The notes under the pieces are model-generated. The model ran no database searches, had not been told where the DNA came from, and saw only the letters and a program-made list of their open reading frames with translations. Both the position numbers and the translations under genes were made by a program. A stretch of 63,187 nucleotides of DNA, filler included, from Hyphochytrium catenoides (Eukaryota > Protista > Hyphochytriomycota), in assembly GCA_900088475.1 (NCBI GenBank). It is 6 parts of 6 records of this genome, joined end to end, with 100 filler letters (N's around TTAATTAATTAA, not from the genome) between each part and the next. Parts side by side here need not be neighbours in the genome. Positions count along the whole stretch, not along the records: positions 51,829 to 53,103 come from FLMG01004208.1; positions 53,204 to 60,445 come from FLMG01000395.1; positions 60,546 to 63,187 come from FLMG01003215.1; 3 more parts are not named here. The stretch is one strand, 5' to 3'. Position 1 is the stretch's first letter. Each line of letters opens with the position of its first letter. This document shows positions 51,829 to 63,187 of the stretch, one piece after another.

Positions 51829-53103
51829 ATTGGGGTAGGCATCAAGTAGGTTGAAGCGCTCCAAGATCTCGGTAATATGTTGAAGGTTCAGCTTCGACCC
51901 TTCACAATAAGGAGTTCGAGCTGCGGGGAGGTGTTGGAGTCTGAGGGCACAGCTATGTGGCCTACAAGCTGGCAAGCTTAACTACCCAAGCTTCAGCTCT
52001 AAACTCCCAGTAGAAGCAGAGATATGAAGCAAAGGAAATGTCCCTGTTTATATCTATGGCTTATGGTCAGTACCCCGGAATACCTTCAGGACTGACTGTT
52101 CTAGACAGGGATTTCTCTATGACTGAATACCTTTGGGTTTATTAGGAATAGTTGGCATAGTCAGAATAGCTCTAGTTTATGGGACCCCAGTTGGCTTATA
52201 AGTCGAGCACTCTCAACTAATGACATTGTCCAATCATCCCATATAATCCAACACAATATACTTCGACTGCCGAAGGTATATCTTCCTAGCAGCTCGATCC
52301 CGCTTTACTTGGATGCCCAAGTAATATTCTAACTCCCCTAGATCGGTGATGGAGAAACGAGCAGACAGCATAGTCTTGAGACCTGCAATTTGTCCGGTGG
52401 TGGGAGCAAAGAGGAGCATGTCATCCACGAAGACGCCAACAATCTCAAGGTCCTCAGGTCTCGAAGAGTGGCGCTTGACGTATACCCCAAAGTCACAAAC
52501 GCTGCGCTGGAACCCTTGCTCAATCAGATAATGGTGCAGCGTGTCATTCCATATCTTGGGGCTCTGGCGGAGACCATATATCGACTTCTTCAACCTCCAG
52601 ACGTGATCTTCTTGTCCAGGGGTTGCAAAGCCCGGTGGTAGACGCATGTACACCTGCTCGTCGAGATTACCGTTCAGGAAGGCGGTCGTGATACACTTCT
52701 AGGTCCAGCGTTGCAGCGAGCGAGAGAAGGCAACGGACAGTGTCATGTCCTATCACTGGAGCAAAGACCTCGCTAAAGTCAATACCTTGCTTCTGTCGAT
52801 TGCCAAGAGCGACTAGACGGGCCTTGTACTTGTCCACTGAGCCATCGCTATGCAACTTGACCCTAAGATCCATTGAGAGCCGATAAGATGAGGGCCGGGA
52901 GGTGGGGGCACTAGATCGTAAACCTCATGGGACTGCATTGATGTAAGCTCTGAGGTAATCGCGGCTAGCCATTCTGTGGCATGAGGTCCAGAGAGTGCCT
53001 CACGGACTGTTTTCGGTTCAGAGACATGCAGAAGATTAGCCTGGCCTACTGGAAACGAGAGAGAGTCTTCTTGTAGCAGTCTATCACGACTACGAGTGAT
53101 AGG
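51829..53103 (-). mobile_element. Ty1/copia retrotransposon RT fragment, inactivated
   Basis: EPKTVREALS, KYKARLVALGNRQKQGIDFSEVFAPV, TAFLNG, LKKSIYGLRQSPKIWN, VFVDDML, LEYYLGIQV, QSKYI..EILERFN. Frameshifts near 52865 and 52690, the latter deleting the MDV motif; interrupted by an LTR. Confidence 0.93.
51878..52253 (+). mobile_element. Solo LTR (376 bp) nested in the copia RT
   Basis: Starts TGTTGAA, ends TCCAACA; flanked by TAATA/CAATA (5-bp TSD, one mismatch). Removing it restores the RT frame. Confidence 0.85.
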
Positions 53104-53203
53104 NNNNNNNNNNNNNNNNNNNNNNNNNNNNNNNNNNNNNNNNNNNNTTAATTAATTAANNNNNNNNNNNNNNNNNNNNNNNNNNNNNNNNNNNNNNNNN
53201 NNN
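53104..53203. other. Artificial scaffold linker
   Basis: N44-TTAATTAATTAA-N44. Confidence 0.95.
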
Positions 53204-54516
53204 TGACCGTAGTAGGTTCTCGGCGTACTAAGAAGTGGCCTGGTGCCATTGTAAACCCGTAACCTAGACGTAACGAACATTAATGGGTGAAAGCAGGCAA
53301 GGTTGTTACTAACTTACAAGCTATTCGTGGATCCAACGAGCAGGCGTGAGCCTGTTCGATCGAAGGACAGGGAGGAGATGCCATATCGTCGACCATCTTC
53401 AGCAGGAGGGGCAAGACAGCTCAGAGGCTCAGGAGCAGAGTTATAAGCTCCATACTGGAGCTTCCGGATATCCCAGTACTTGACACATCTACCGTTAAGA
53501 GAATACTATTAGCTCAAGGAATAAGACGGATCTTCCTTGCAGGTGCGTAGGTCCTTTTCTTACCCATCTACGGCGCCTGCCGTGACAAGCAGGTTCTCGT
53601 CTGCGGGACAGAACGATACACAGGTAACCGCATGTGTTGATGTACCTACTGATGGCCAACGCCGTCTCTTCTTCCTTTGATGGGGCACTGCTGAAGCCAA
53701 GGTGTGAGCAGCACCTATGCTATGGGCAGGACCAACACCTCCATTCCCTCCACAGCCTGTGATTCGCGTGTCCCACAAGCACACTGCACCATCTCGGCCT
53801 CCAGATGCAATGATTGCTTTGTAAGAGGCAGGATGAATGTCAGCCCCACCAAAATCCTTGTTTAGTGAGTTGATGGATGTCACTTCTTACCATCGTTCTT
53901 ATACAAAAAGCAGACGGACTTCACACTTCCTTCGTGACCGCTCAAAGAAAAAAGTAGTTGCCCTCTTGTCACGTCCCAGACAAGGCAATGCTTATCGCCT
54001 GAGGCTGTAACCACCTTGTGATCATCTCCAGCCCAGGAGATATCAAAGATGACATTGTCATGACCTCTCCAATGGGTGCGCAACAGGCCTATGTGATGTG
54101 TTAGGTCTGGTAGAGAGGATGCGGTTAGCGATGCTGAAAGCTGACCTTTAGTCACTCCTTGATAAGGCTCACTGGTCAGCAGGTTGATGTTTCCGTCGTC
54201 TCCGACCACACCAACAAGAGGCTGTGTATTTGCAAAGCTACAAACAAGAGGAGAGCCCACTGCAGCTGCGTCCTGAGCCCCTCGCCAATTAAAGAGGTCT
54301 CTAGTCGGGTCAGACTGCAAATTTGCCAATGCTGTTGTCTTGGCTAGCTCCTCAACACGGATGAAGTGGCCTGTATTGGACGTTAGCATGTAATCTACGT
54401 GGTTAGATTGAGCGTCTTAGTCTACCTCGACTGCCCACTCTGGAGCTTTGTTTCGTCAGACGTCGGCCATCAGCAGCGCCAGATCCTAATTCTCTTGCTT
54501 GTACAAGCCTGTGCAT
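53204..54516 (-). CDS. DTL: Denticleless/CDT2 WD40 substrate receptor (3'-truncated)
   Basis: N-terminal RLVQARELG; HDNVIFDISW..VTASGD, GHEGSVKSVCF, ASGGRDGAVCLWDTR, LVTAGAVDG, VKYWDIRK, YGISSLSFDRTGSRL. Confidence 0.85.
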
Positions 54517-55260
54517 CTTTCTGTTCGTCTGAAGATTTGCTAACCGGGTGACGAGACTTAGGACTAAGGTGGACTGGGCTTTGTTGCTGTTGCAGAAATC
54601 TGAACTCTATCGGTGGGTTTCCCTTGAAGCTCCTGTGGTCGTTCTACTTGCACTGGATCCCAGACCCGACACACCCCTCGGTGATCTCTGCTATTGCTGG
54701 AGTTTTTGAGGGTCGCCTCAGTAAAGATAGTGGCTTAGCGCCTCAACGGCAGCTCATCGCGTCACGGGTTAGACAGTGAGACTGCTCAAGATCAAGGGCA
54801 ACTGGGGAAGCACGTTAGGAGAACTTTGTTTTATCAAGGGAACGTCTTTCAAGCTTGATAAGGAAGCTTCATAGCACTGGCTCACACGCTTCTCTCACCT
54901 TGAAAGGCCTCACTCCTGGCGGGCATCCTCGTCCTCGTCCTTCTCTCCCAAGTGTCCCAAGAGTTCGGCACGTCAGTAATAAAAGAAGAGAGAGAGAGAG
55001 CTGGCGCCACTTTGAGGATTTCGAATTGAAGGAAGCAGAAGGATTGCACTTCGTAAGCCCAACATTCCCGCGCTTTTTCCCAGTGCACCTTCTGTAGTTA
55101 CTCTCCTGGCTTCCGACAGTGCTCGTAGTACAAGTAGTTCCTAGTTCCTAGCGTCTCGTACGCCCACATAATAACTAAAAGGTCACACAGGCGAGATGCA
55201 GAAGATAAAGGTCACGCCGGCAACTTGTACCAAAGTACCACCACGCCTTCCAGCTTCACT

Positions 55261-55332
55261 TCCTCGTTAGTATAGTGGTTAGTATACCCGCCTGTCACGC
55301 GGGTGACCCGGGTTCAATTCCCGGACGGGGAG
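55261..55332 (+). tRNA. tRNA-Asp(GTC)
   Basis: 72-nt cloverleaf, anticodon arm CCCGC-CTGTCAC-GCGGG, T-arm CCGGG-TTCAATT-CCCGG, downstream TTTT terminator. Confidence 0.97.
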
Positions 55333-55429
55333 AATCTTTTGCAAAAACACCCTTTCCCTCACTTTTATGAGAATTGCGGTTGAATCCCCCAATAAGTAGC
55401 AATGTAGGTCCCCTCTTCTTAACGAAAAG

Positions 55430-55501
55430 TCCTCGTTAGTATAGTGGTTAGTATACCCGCCTGTCACGCGGGTGACCCGGGTTCAATTCCCGGACGGGGA
55501 G
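55430..55501 (+). tRNA. tRNA-Asp(GTC), identical second copy
   Basis: Same 72 nt as 55261-55332; followed by TTTTT. Confidence 0.97.
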
Positions 55502-55828
55502 CTCTTTTTGCATTTTGACAGTGGGATCTCACCGTTTACCTCGAGTTGTCAAGCTTTTTGGGCCCTTTGCTGATGAAGATCTTCACAATAATAATAAGGC
55601 CTTTACCAATTTTCTCTGACAAGAAGAAGAATACTTCTTCGTTCATCAGCTTGCGTCCACTGTCATTTCCTGTCTGTCCAGGTCAACGCACCTATTGGAG
55701 ACTGCCCATAGAATATCTGTGCCCGTACCTTGCCAGATCGTCTGAGGATCGGTCTAACTTTCTCACTCACTCGTCTTCGCAAAGACCCAAGCGCTTTCTG
55801 ACGGCTGTCAGCCTCCGGTGAAGCAAGG

Positions 55829-57300
55829 ATGAAGAAGAAGGTCTGGGGCTTCCCCTTTCTACATCTCCCATACTCCTGGCATCTAACGTTTCCTGGCTTC
55901 TCGTCAGGTGCTGTTGATGGGTAAATCGGGGTCGGGAAAGACCTCAATGAGGTCAATCATCTTCGCTAACTATCTAGGTAAAACGCACTGCAAGATAAAT
56001 CGAAAGCTTCGTGTCTCACTTTATACTCTCTTCTTACGGACAAATATCTTAAACTCCACGCTTTTCTCTCCGTGTGACTAGCGCGGGATACAATGCGGCT
56101 TGGCCCTACACGTAAGTCAGCAATCTGTGCATTCCAGCCCCAATACCTTGCTGACAAATGCCTACTCTCATCTCAGTGGATGTCGAACATTCGCATGTCA
56201 GATTCCTCGGGAACCTTGTGCTCAACCTCTGGGATTGTGGCGGGTAGGACCGATAGGCCGTAAAATAAAAGTAGAAGACTCACGCCTTCCTTCCACTCTT
56301 TCTAGTCAAGACGCTTTCTATGAGAACTACTTTGAGAGTCAGCGAGATCACATCTTTCGTGGCGTAGAAGTACTGATCTACGTCTTTGACGTAGAAAGCA
56401 AAGAAATGCAAAAGGACTTGATGCATTTTGATGGTGTTTTGGAGGCCATCATGGAGAACTCTACGAATGCAAGGGTCTTTGTTTTAATTCATAAGATGGA
56501 TCTGGTGGCTGAAGGGAGCAGAGATGAGGTGAAGCCTGTCATTTGCATGCCATTTTGCTGGCTTCCAAGCTTAACTTGTTTTCGCTTCAACTAAGGTGTT
56601 TAGGGAAAGAGAGCAGACCATTCTGTCCAGAGTAGGCAATCTAAAGTGCAAATGCTTTGGGACTTCCATCTGGGACGAGACTCTCTATAAGGTGGGCCAG
56701 CCTTTACCATCTTGGGGGCAGTGTTATTGCCGGAATATATGAACTTACCATGAGAAATATGTAGGCTTGGTCTTCTATTGTCTACTCCCTCATTCCTAAC
56801 GTGGAGGCGTTAGAGAAGCGTCTCAATGACTTCTGCAGTATAACAGATGCGGACGAGATAGTGCTTTTTGAGAGAGCAACCTTTCTGGTTATCTCTCATG
56901 CCACTATAACTCCCCATAGGGACGTGCATCGCTTTGAGAAGATCAGTAATATCATTAAACAGTTCAAGCTTAGCTGCAGGTAGGAAGATGAAAAACAGCA
57001 GGCAAGCAACTCTCTAGAAACAGTAGGCTGACACGTTCGTTATATTATAGCAAATCCCAGTCCCAGTTTCAGGCGATGGAAGTGAGAAACTCTAACTTCA
57101 CTGCATTCATCGACTTTTTCACGACCAACACTTATGTGATGGTCATCATGTCGGATCCTTCAGTCCGTAAGTATAGCTCCTAGCTAATGGCCCAAAGTGC
57201 TTGTACTCACTTCTCTGCTTGGCGTACAACAGAGACAGCTTGTACTCAGCTGAATATTCGTGCTGCTAGGAAGCACTTTGAGCAATTCTTGCAGCAGTAG
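55829..57300 (+). CDS. RRAGA: Rag GTPase RagA/Gtr1 (TORC1 pathway), 9 exons
   Basis: MKKK|[101 protein letters not shown]; short GT-AG introns. Confidence 0.96.
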
Positions 57301-57606
57301 CTTCCGCTCAAGTATTGCAGAAAAGCTGTCACACGTGGCACTAGCTTCTTTAAAGCGCCTGCGGTGGATAAAGTAGCTCTTGGACCCCAACGGAAGGGCG
57401 GAACGGGCCCCACAGCGAGACAAGGCGACAGCATGTCAACAAAGAAGCCACGGCTATCAGTCTATTGCCCTGAATGGGCTGAAATTAGCATCATCCTGCT
57501 CTATATAAGTTATACATATGCCTCTGCTTCTACAATGCTCTCTCGCCACCTTATACAGTGTATACATCTAATATACGCATATAAACAGACCCCTCACGCA
57601 TCGTCT

Positions 57607-58890
57607 TCAGGAGTCGCTAAGTTCCGGGCCGCTCGTGGCGGCACCGTCCTCATTCTCAGAGGCAGCATCGCTGTATTGTGACTGTGAGCCTGCTCCATGA
57701 GAAATGCAGAGACCTCCCTTCTTAGGATACTTCTCGCAGCCTGCAGTTGCGCAGCGCTTTACTTTTGCACCGTGGGCGACGCACACTCCTCCCTGTCTGG
57801 GATATTTCTCACATCCACTCACTCGACACCGCTTCATCTGCGCCCCATGAGCGATACAGACACCGCCCTTCAAAGCTTGTTTTTCACAACTGCTAACTGT
57901 ACAATGCTTGCGTCTGGCCCCATGCGCTGTACAGACGCCGCCACTTACGGCTTGCTTGGTACAACCAGGCGCGGAACAGGCTGGTCTTTTCACATGAGCG
58001 CCGTGACCGATGCACAATCCTCCCTTCTGAGCACGTCTGGTACATCCACTTATGTGGCAACGCTTCACTTCCGCACCGTGAGTGATGCAGACGCCTTTCT
58101 TTATTGCGTAATTCTCGCAGGCTGGGTGGATGCAGAGCTTTCGTCCTTCCTTTCTGGCGCCGTGAGTCATGCAGACACCGCCCGTCCTTGCCTGCCTAGT
58201 GCAGCCTTCTATCCCACAACGCCGGCGTTGGGCACCATGAGAGATACAGACCCCGCCCTGCTGCGCCAGATTGTTGCAAAGAGAGCGAGTACATTTCCGC
58301 CTTTCACCACCGCACGATTGTCGGGACCACCTGCTCACTTTCCCAGCACACATCGGTTCAGGATGTTTGTCTCTGCTGCTTCTATGGCTGTCGGAGTTAG
58401 CGAATAGAGGAGGCAATGTCACGTGCCAGACGTCTAACGGGTATGGAAAGCAGCTGCTCTTGGAGCCCAGATAACACGATGTGTTAGTGTCCGACATGCG
58501 TAGGAAGTCATGAGAGACCACTGCCCCATGATGGGCCGCATCGTGATGTGATGCTTCTTCAGCTTCTTGCTTACCGTTAGTACCCCAGCCGTGCGGCTTT
58601 CTTACTGGCTCGCTGTCAGAGGGAGTCGAGGGTGGGTAGCAGTCACGAGAAGCTTCGACAATGCCCCAAATGCCAGGTTCCACAAGCCGAAACTCAACTG
58701 GAGACTTTCGGCCGGTGTGCACTGGACCTCCGCCGTAGGGCGAAGCGGGCAACCATGAGACTCTTGCGTCTGAGCCACACGCAGCCTGGCGTATGCAGGT
58801 GGTGGTCTCACCTTCGTATCCGTCGCGGGTAACCTTACCAAAGTACCGCAGCCACTTCGGATGCATTCCTCGTGATTGGCAGATCTGCAC
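57607..58890 (-). CDS. Protein with eight tandem C-x4-C-x9-C-x2-HG zinc-finger-like repeats (WRKY19-like repeat family)
   Basis: Repeats such as CGIEGCTRQARTGGVCMTHG and CSAPGCTKQAVSGGVCTAHG; true start uncertain. Confidence 0.85.
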   Translation of the reverse strand: MQICQSRGMHPKWLRYFGKVTRDGYEGETTTCIRQAACGSDARVSWLPASPYGGGPVHTGRKSPVEFRLVEPGIWGIVEASRDCYPPSTPSDSEPVRKPHGWGTNGKQEAEEASHHDAAHHGAVVSHDFLRMSDTNTSCYLGSKSSCFPYPLDVWHVTLPPLFANSDSHRSSRDKHPEPMCAGKVSRWSRQSCGGERRKCTRSLCNNLAQQGGVCISHGAQRRRCGIEGCTRQARTGGVCMTHGARKEGRKLCIHPACENYAIKKGVCITHGAEVKRCHISGCTRRAQKGGLCIGHGAHVKRPACSAPGCTKQAVSGGVCTAHGARRKHCTVSSCEKQALKGGVCIAHGAQMKRCRVSGCEKYPRQGGVCVAHGAKVKRCATAGCEKYPKKGGLCISHGAGSQSQYSDAASENEDGAATSGPELSDS

Positions 58891-60445
58891 TCTTCAACAG
58901 AAGGGGATAGAACGAAGGGTTCCTGTCGTATGATTTTGAACGTTACCCAGCTTCTGACTGGATTTCCGGCCTCAGGCGATAGGTAGCACGATAGCAGCAG
59001 GGCAGGTGTCAGCTATCTCAATCCCCTAGCATCTTCCGGCAGTGGACAACCAGATGAAGCAGACTCTTGGCGTTTAAGCGGTGATTCTACTTGCGAAGCC
59101 AGTATACGTGACATTTTTAAGAGGGTTAAGGTAGGAAGTGGTCCCTGGTGTGTCTGCACCAGAATGTAGGGCCCGAACACTGTGACCGATTTAGTATGGC
59201 TGGGCGACGAAGAAGAGGTGACTTCCTCCGCGAGTCCTGGCTTGTTTCTCGACGTTATACACTTTCACACCTGCAGCCAAGCGTTGTCTCTTGCCCCAAA
59301 AGAACCCTCTCATGACGCTCTCGACGGCAAGCTGATGTCTCGTATGGCCTGTCTGTCTCTAGATCGCTTGTCGCTTGGGGACTATCGGTGGGCGGCACAA
59401 AGCGCTGCAGACCTCTCGTGGATAGTTCTGAGTTCTGACCTTGAAGCAGGGCCGCCGCTTGATGTCTGTTGGTCTGTCTGTCCTGGGGGCGAGGCCGAGT
59501 GGCGTTACATTGGCTTCTGGGCAGTAGTAATACGCACTATTGTTTGATATCCGTACTAACGGTGGCCTTTCTGTGACAGGGTAATAGTAGGCTGTAAGAA
59601 TTGGGGTTGCTCAACCTTGGAGTGCTAAAGTCTGAGAGCCATGAGAACCGCTGTTAACCTACGCTCCCCGTCTACAAAGTGATGATGACCATAAGGAAAG
59701 AGACCTCTTGTACCGTTAAGGGAAGCTCTCGCAGCTATATAAGCCTTTTTTCTCTTGCCTCGGAAGCATAAGTCTGGTTTTACTAAAAGAGGTTGTCTAC
59801 AATGTAAATAAAGGGTGTCTGGCATTTGAATTTGAACTTTGGTCATCTTGTCCTTTATTTTAGCTGCCCTTCTCGACTATTGCAATTGAATGAGAGCAGC
59901 CAGACTTGTGCTTCTACACTCGCCTCGACCGCGGGCGCCGCTTCAGCAACAGATACGCGCGTCCTCCCCTGTCTCATCAGCTTTGATGGCAAGGGGAGCA
60001 GCTTGAGTAGGAGGAGGCTGCTTTATCACCAGTTATGCTCCTGACTACCTGAATATTACCACCGTGTGGTGGCGATGCTCCATACAAGTACAGAAGTGGC
60101 ATCTCCTCCAGTGTCTCATCAGCCCTGCTGATGCTGGAATCTGCTTTGAAAATCGGTAGCAAGTAGGCTTCTGACTCTTAACACACCTGCTGGCGCCGCA
60201 TACTGAAGCGGCATTTTGGGTCTCTCCAAGAACTTGTTGAGAGGAGCGCGATTTAGCATCTTGGTGAAGAACGATTTTCTCCCAAAACCTGGTCTGAACC
60301 TTGCGGTGCTTGGACATTAAAGTGCTAACCTATTGTCTCCCATGACTTAGCAGTCATCATCATTCCCGTCGCTCTGTGCTTCTGGCATCATCTGGTCAAC
60401 TGAAGACTGGTGGACTGTCAACAATGTCCATACAATTGCTAATCT

Positions 60446-60545
60446 NNNNNNNNNNNNNNNNNNNNNNNNNNNNNNNNNNNNNNNNNNNNTTAATTAATTA
60501 ANNNNNNNNNNNNNNNNNNNNNNNNNNNNNNNNNNNNNNNNNNNN
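60446..60545. other. Artificial scaffold linker
   Basis: N44-TTAATTAATTAA-N44. Confidence 0.95.
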
Positions 60546-61283
60546 ACTCCTGGACAAGGGACCGCCTCCAAGCGCTCTGCTTTCAGCAGAGCCGCGCAAG
60601 ATCTCACACAGCTCTCGCCAGGGACAGTAGGCGTGAAAGAGGAAGAGAACAGGCCGTCTACGGCCACGGGGAGACAGCACCAGTCGACTCTCTCTCTCTC
60701 CAGATCAAAGAGAGGAGGATCGGGAGAAGAGGAGGGAGGAGAGGGCGCTGCGGAAGTGTCTGGCCCCGAGCTCTTTGAGCCTGTCAGCATAGAGTTGCCA
60801 ACAGAAGAAGCAGGAGAGTCGTAGCCAGATATTGAAAGCCTCTCTCCATCTCTCTTCTTTCTTTCTTCTCACTTTTTCATCTCTTTTTCATCTCGTCACC
60901 AATACGTTCACAAATATTTAAGCCAGGGATCTGGGTCAATCTTACTTTTTATCTGAAGTTGGCTCCATAGCTTTAGAAAAGAGAGACCTTCCTTATCTCT
61001 TCTCTCTTCTCTCATCATCATGCGCGCACTCTCTCTCTCTCTCGCTCTCTCTGCGTGTCTGTCTTTCTGTCTCACTTTCCGCTTCCTATCTCTCTTTCTC
61101 TCCCAGAGAAGGCAGACCTTCCATATCTTGTCTCTCTTCTCTCATCATCGCGCTCTCTCTCTCTCTCTGTGTCGCTCTCTCTGCGTGTCTGTCTTTCTTT
61201 CTCACTTTCCTCTTCCTATCTCTCTTGTTCTCTTCCTCTCTCTCTCTTTCTCTCCCTTTCCCTTTGTCTTGGTCTAGGGGTCC

Positions 61284-61824
61284 TTATAATCTTGACAACT
61301 GCTCGCCAAAGAGCTCACGCACAATCAGTGTGGCTGTGCCCTCAGGATCCTCCTGCACCATGAAGTGCCCTGAACCCTTGATCACTGGTTCTTCCTCTTT
61401 CTCTTCTCCCTCCTTCCTCGATCGTCTCTCTTCTTCACTGCCCTCTCTTTTCTCTTCTCTCTTTTCTTTACTCTCTCCGGAAAGTAAGAGCTTGCCCTGA
61501 GGGAAGAGAGGGACAACGATATGACGGTAGAACTCCTGCGTGGAACCCCAGGGACCGTTCAGATGGGAAGAGCCAGCGCCTACCACGACAGTGACCGGAA
61601 CCGTAATGTTTCCTGGACGGAAGGAGAAGGAGAAAGACATTTTGTGGGAAGAGAGAGAGGAAGGAGAGAGAGAGAGAGAGAAAGGGAAGAGAGAGAGAGA
61701 TAGACAGATGATAGAGAGAAGGGAAGGACGGGGAGGAAGAGGATAGGCGTCAGTGAAAGCAACAGATAAAGAACGAAGGAGATAAATAATCGGAATATGT
61801 TTTGAGAGTGTATGGTTAGCACAA

Positions 61825-61857
<33 letters not shown>

Positions 61858-62493
61858 AAGAAAGAGAGAGAGAGAAAAAGAGAGAAAGCAAAAAGAGAGG
61901 CAGCGCACGACGTTACCAAAGACATGGTAAGCAGGAAGAGCTACTGGTCAAATGAAAGAGAGAGAGAACTCAAAAGTTGCTGGGCCCGATGAGAGAGAGA
62001 GCCACATGGCGATAGAAAGAGAAAAAAAGAGAGAAAGAGACACACAGGCACAAAGGCGAAGAAGAAGGAGAGAGTTGAACAGCTCGAAGATGTCCTCAAG
62101 TTAGCGAGGAAGAGATACCTAAGGGAGAAGGTTTCTCTTTGTCCAACGGGTCATAAAGATCTGTCGCACTGTTCTCCATCAGATAAAACTGAGCCTCCTC
62201 TTCTGGAAGACATTTTAGAGTGACACCGGGAGAGAGAGAGGGAGAGAGAGAGGAATAAGAGGAGAGAGATGGACGGAATCCTCCCTCAATATACGCATCA
62301 AGGGCTCTAGGATCCCAGAGAGAGAAAGGAGGACGCTGGGCAAAGTGCTCTCTTGCTGCCTCTAGGGAGGGCCTATGACGATGGAGCAAGAGGCAGGAGA
62401 CACAACGAGAGTTCGAGTAAAGAGAGAGAGAGAGGCCGGGAGAGAGTTAGACGAGTAGAACAGTAGGAGGCACTGACGGAGAGAATGCGGGAC

Positions 62494-62535
<42 letters not shown>

Positions 62536-63187
62536 ATGAGAGCCTAGAGAGGACACTAGCGGGAGACCAGAGGACTGAAGGGGCCTGATCTGTAGAGAGC
62601 ATTGCAGAAAAGAAAAGTCAGGGAAGACTACTTCCGAAATAAAGGAGAGAGAGAGAGCCAACAAGATAGAAAATAAAGGGTAGGGATCATGTATCGAGCA
62701 TCAGACATTGATAGAGGCGAGAAGAAGAAGAGACAGAGAGAGGGAGAGGGAGAGGGAGAGAGAGAGACACAGAGAGAGAGAGAGAGAGAGAGAATCAGAT
62801 AGAGAGAGTGGCGAAATTAAGAGAGAGCGAGAAAGACGGAGAGAGAGAGTGAGAAGCGGAGAGATAGACAGGGAGAGGCAGAGAGAAGCGAGCTTCACTC
62901 TTACAGTTAATAGTTCCCAAGAAAGGGACAAGAGCAATGTGGATGAGGAGGAAGGAAGAAACGTACGTAGAGAAAACAACCTACCACTCTCTCTTCCGCT
63001 TTATCGTCATTTCATACAGGTGATTCCTCTTCTTTTCCTCGCTCTCTTTCTCTCTCTTCTCACTGGGAAGAAGAATGGGCTCAAAGAGAAGGAGACGAGA
63101 GAAAGTCCCTGATCTCTGAAGCTCTGTTAGCACTAACGCTGCGCCGCCCATAGAGTGGCCCACACCGAAGATCTTGCGTGGTAGGGA
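61284..63187 (-). CDS. Alpha/beta-hydrolase with PTS1 (5' end outside window)
   Basis: GVGHSMGG nucleophile elbow, LLLFEP, FSLWDPRALDAYIEGG, LKCLPEEEAQFY, VPVTVVVG, GSGHFMVQEDP; terminal SRL*. Confidence 0.85.

Noticed and set aside
48599-53103. Orphan membrane ORF as the env gene of the adjacent copia element
   Set aside because: They are separated by an artificial linker, so adjacency is uninformative.
57697-58407. 236-aa antisense ORF over the zinc-finger repeats
   Set aside because: Explained as a shadow frame of a repetitive protein poor in codons that give antisense stops; no independent features.
59000-60970. Short ORFs at 59182, 60045 and 60494-60790
   Set aside because: No recognisable motifs and no consistent exon chain could be built; truncated by the linker.
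1-63187. Dozens of SLSLSL/ERERER ORFs in the track
   Set aside because: Translations of (CT)n/(GA)n tracts that lack stop codons; mostly intronic or intergenic.

Overview
Eukaryotic genomic DNA from an intron-containing microbial eukaryote. A stramenopile-like protist is my inference from gene content, not demonstrated. The window is not one locus: five identical 100-nt spacers (N44-TTAATTAATTAA-N44) join six scaffolds, so neighbourhoods must not be read across them. Most short ORFs in the track are artefacts of (CT)n/(GA)n microsatellites. Recognisable genes are a cAMP-receptor-like GPCR, threonine synthase, an ankyrin protein, an A20/AN1 zinc-finger protein, a USP22/Ubp8-like deubiquitinase, ZIP7, a TRAF-type zinc-finger protein, CDT2/DTL, RagA/Gtr1, a GGxCxxHG zinc-finger repeat protein, a PTS1-bearing alpha/beta hydrolase and two identical tRNA-Asp genes. 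Best leads: (1) threonine synthase ends in an in-frame hydrophobic tail anchor; (2) an accessory scaffold (30.9-47.2 kb) has a membrane protein with four LamG-like domains and a convergent diverged paralogue, bracketing a ~170-bp satellite, a CCAAT cluster, an intronless Cys-rich ORF and a chromodomain relic; (3) a >1038-aa intronless multi-pass membrane ORF I cannot assign; (4) a solo LTR with an internal second PPT/att junction inserted antisense into a dead copia RT. I cannot demonstrate a complete new system from sequence alone. All family calls come from motif recognition by eye, without database searches.
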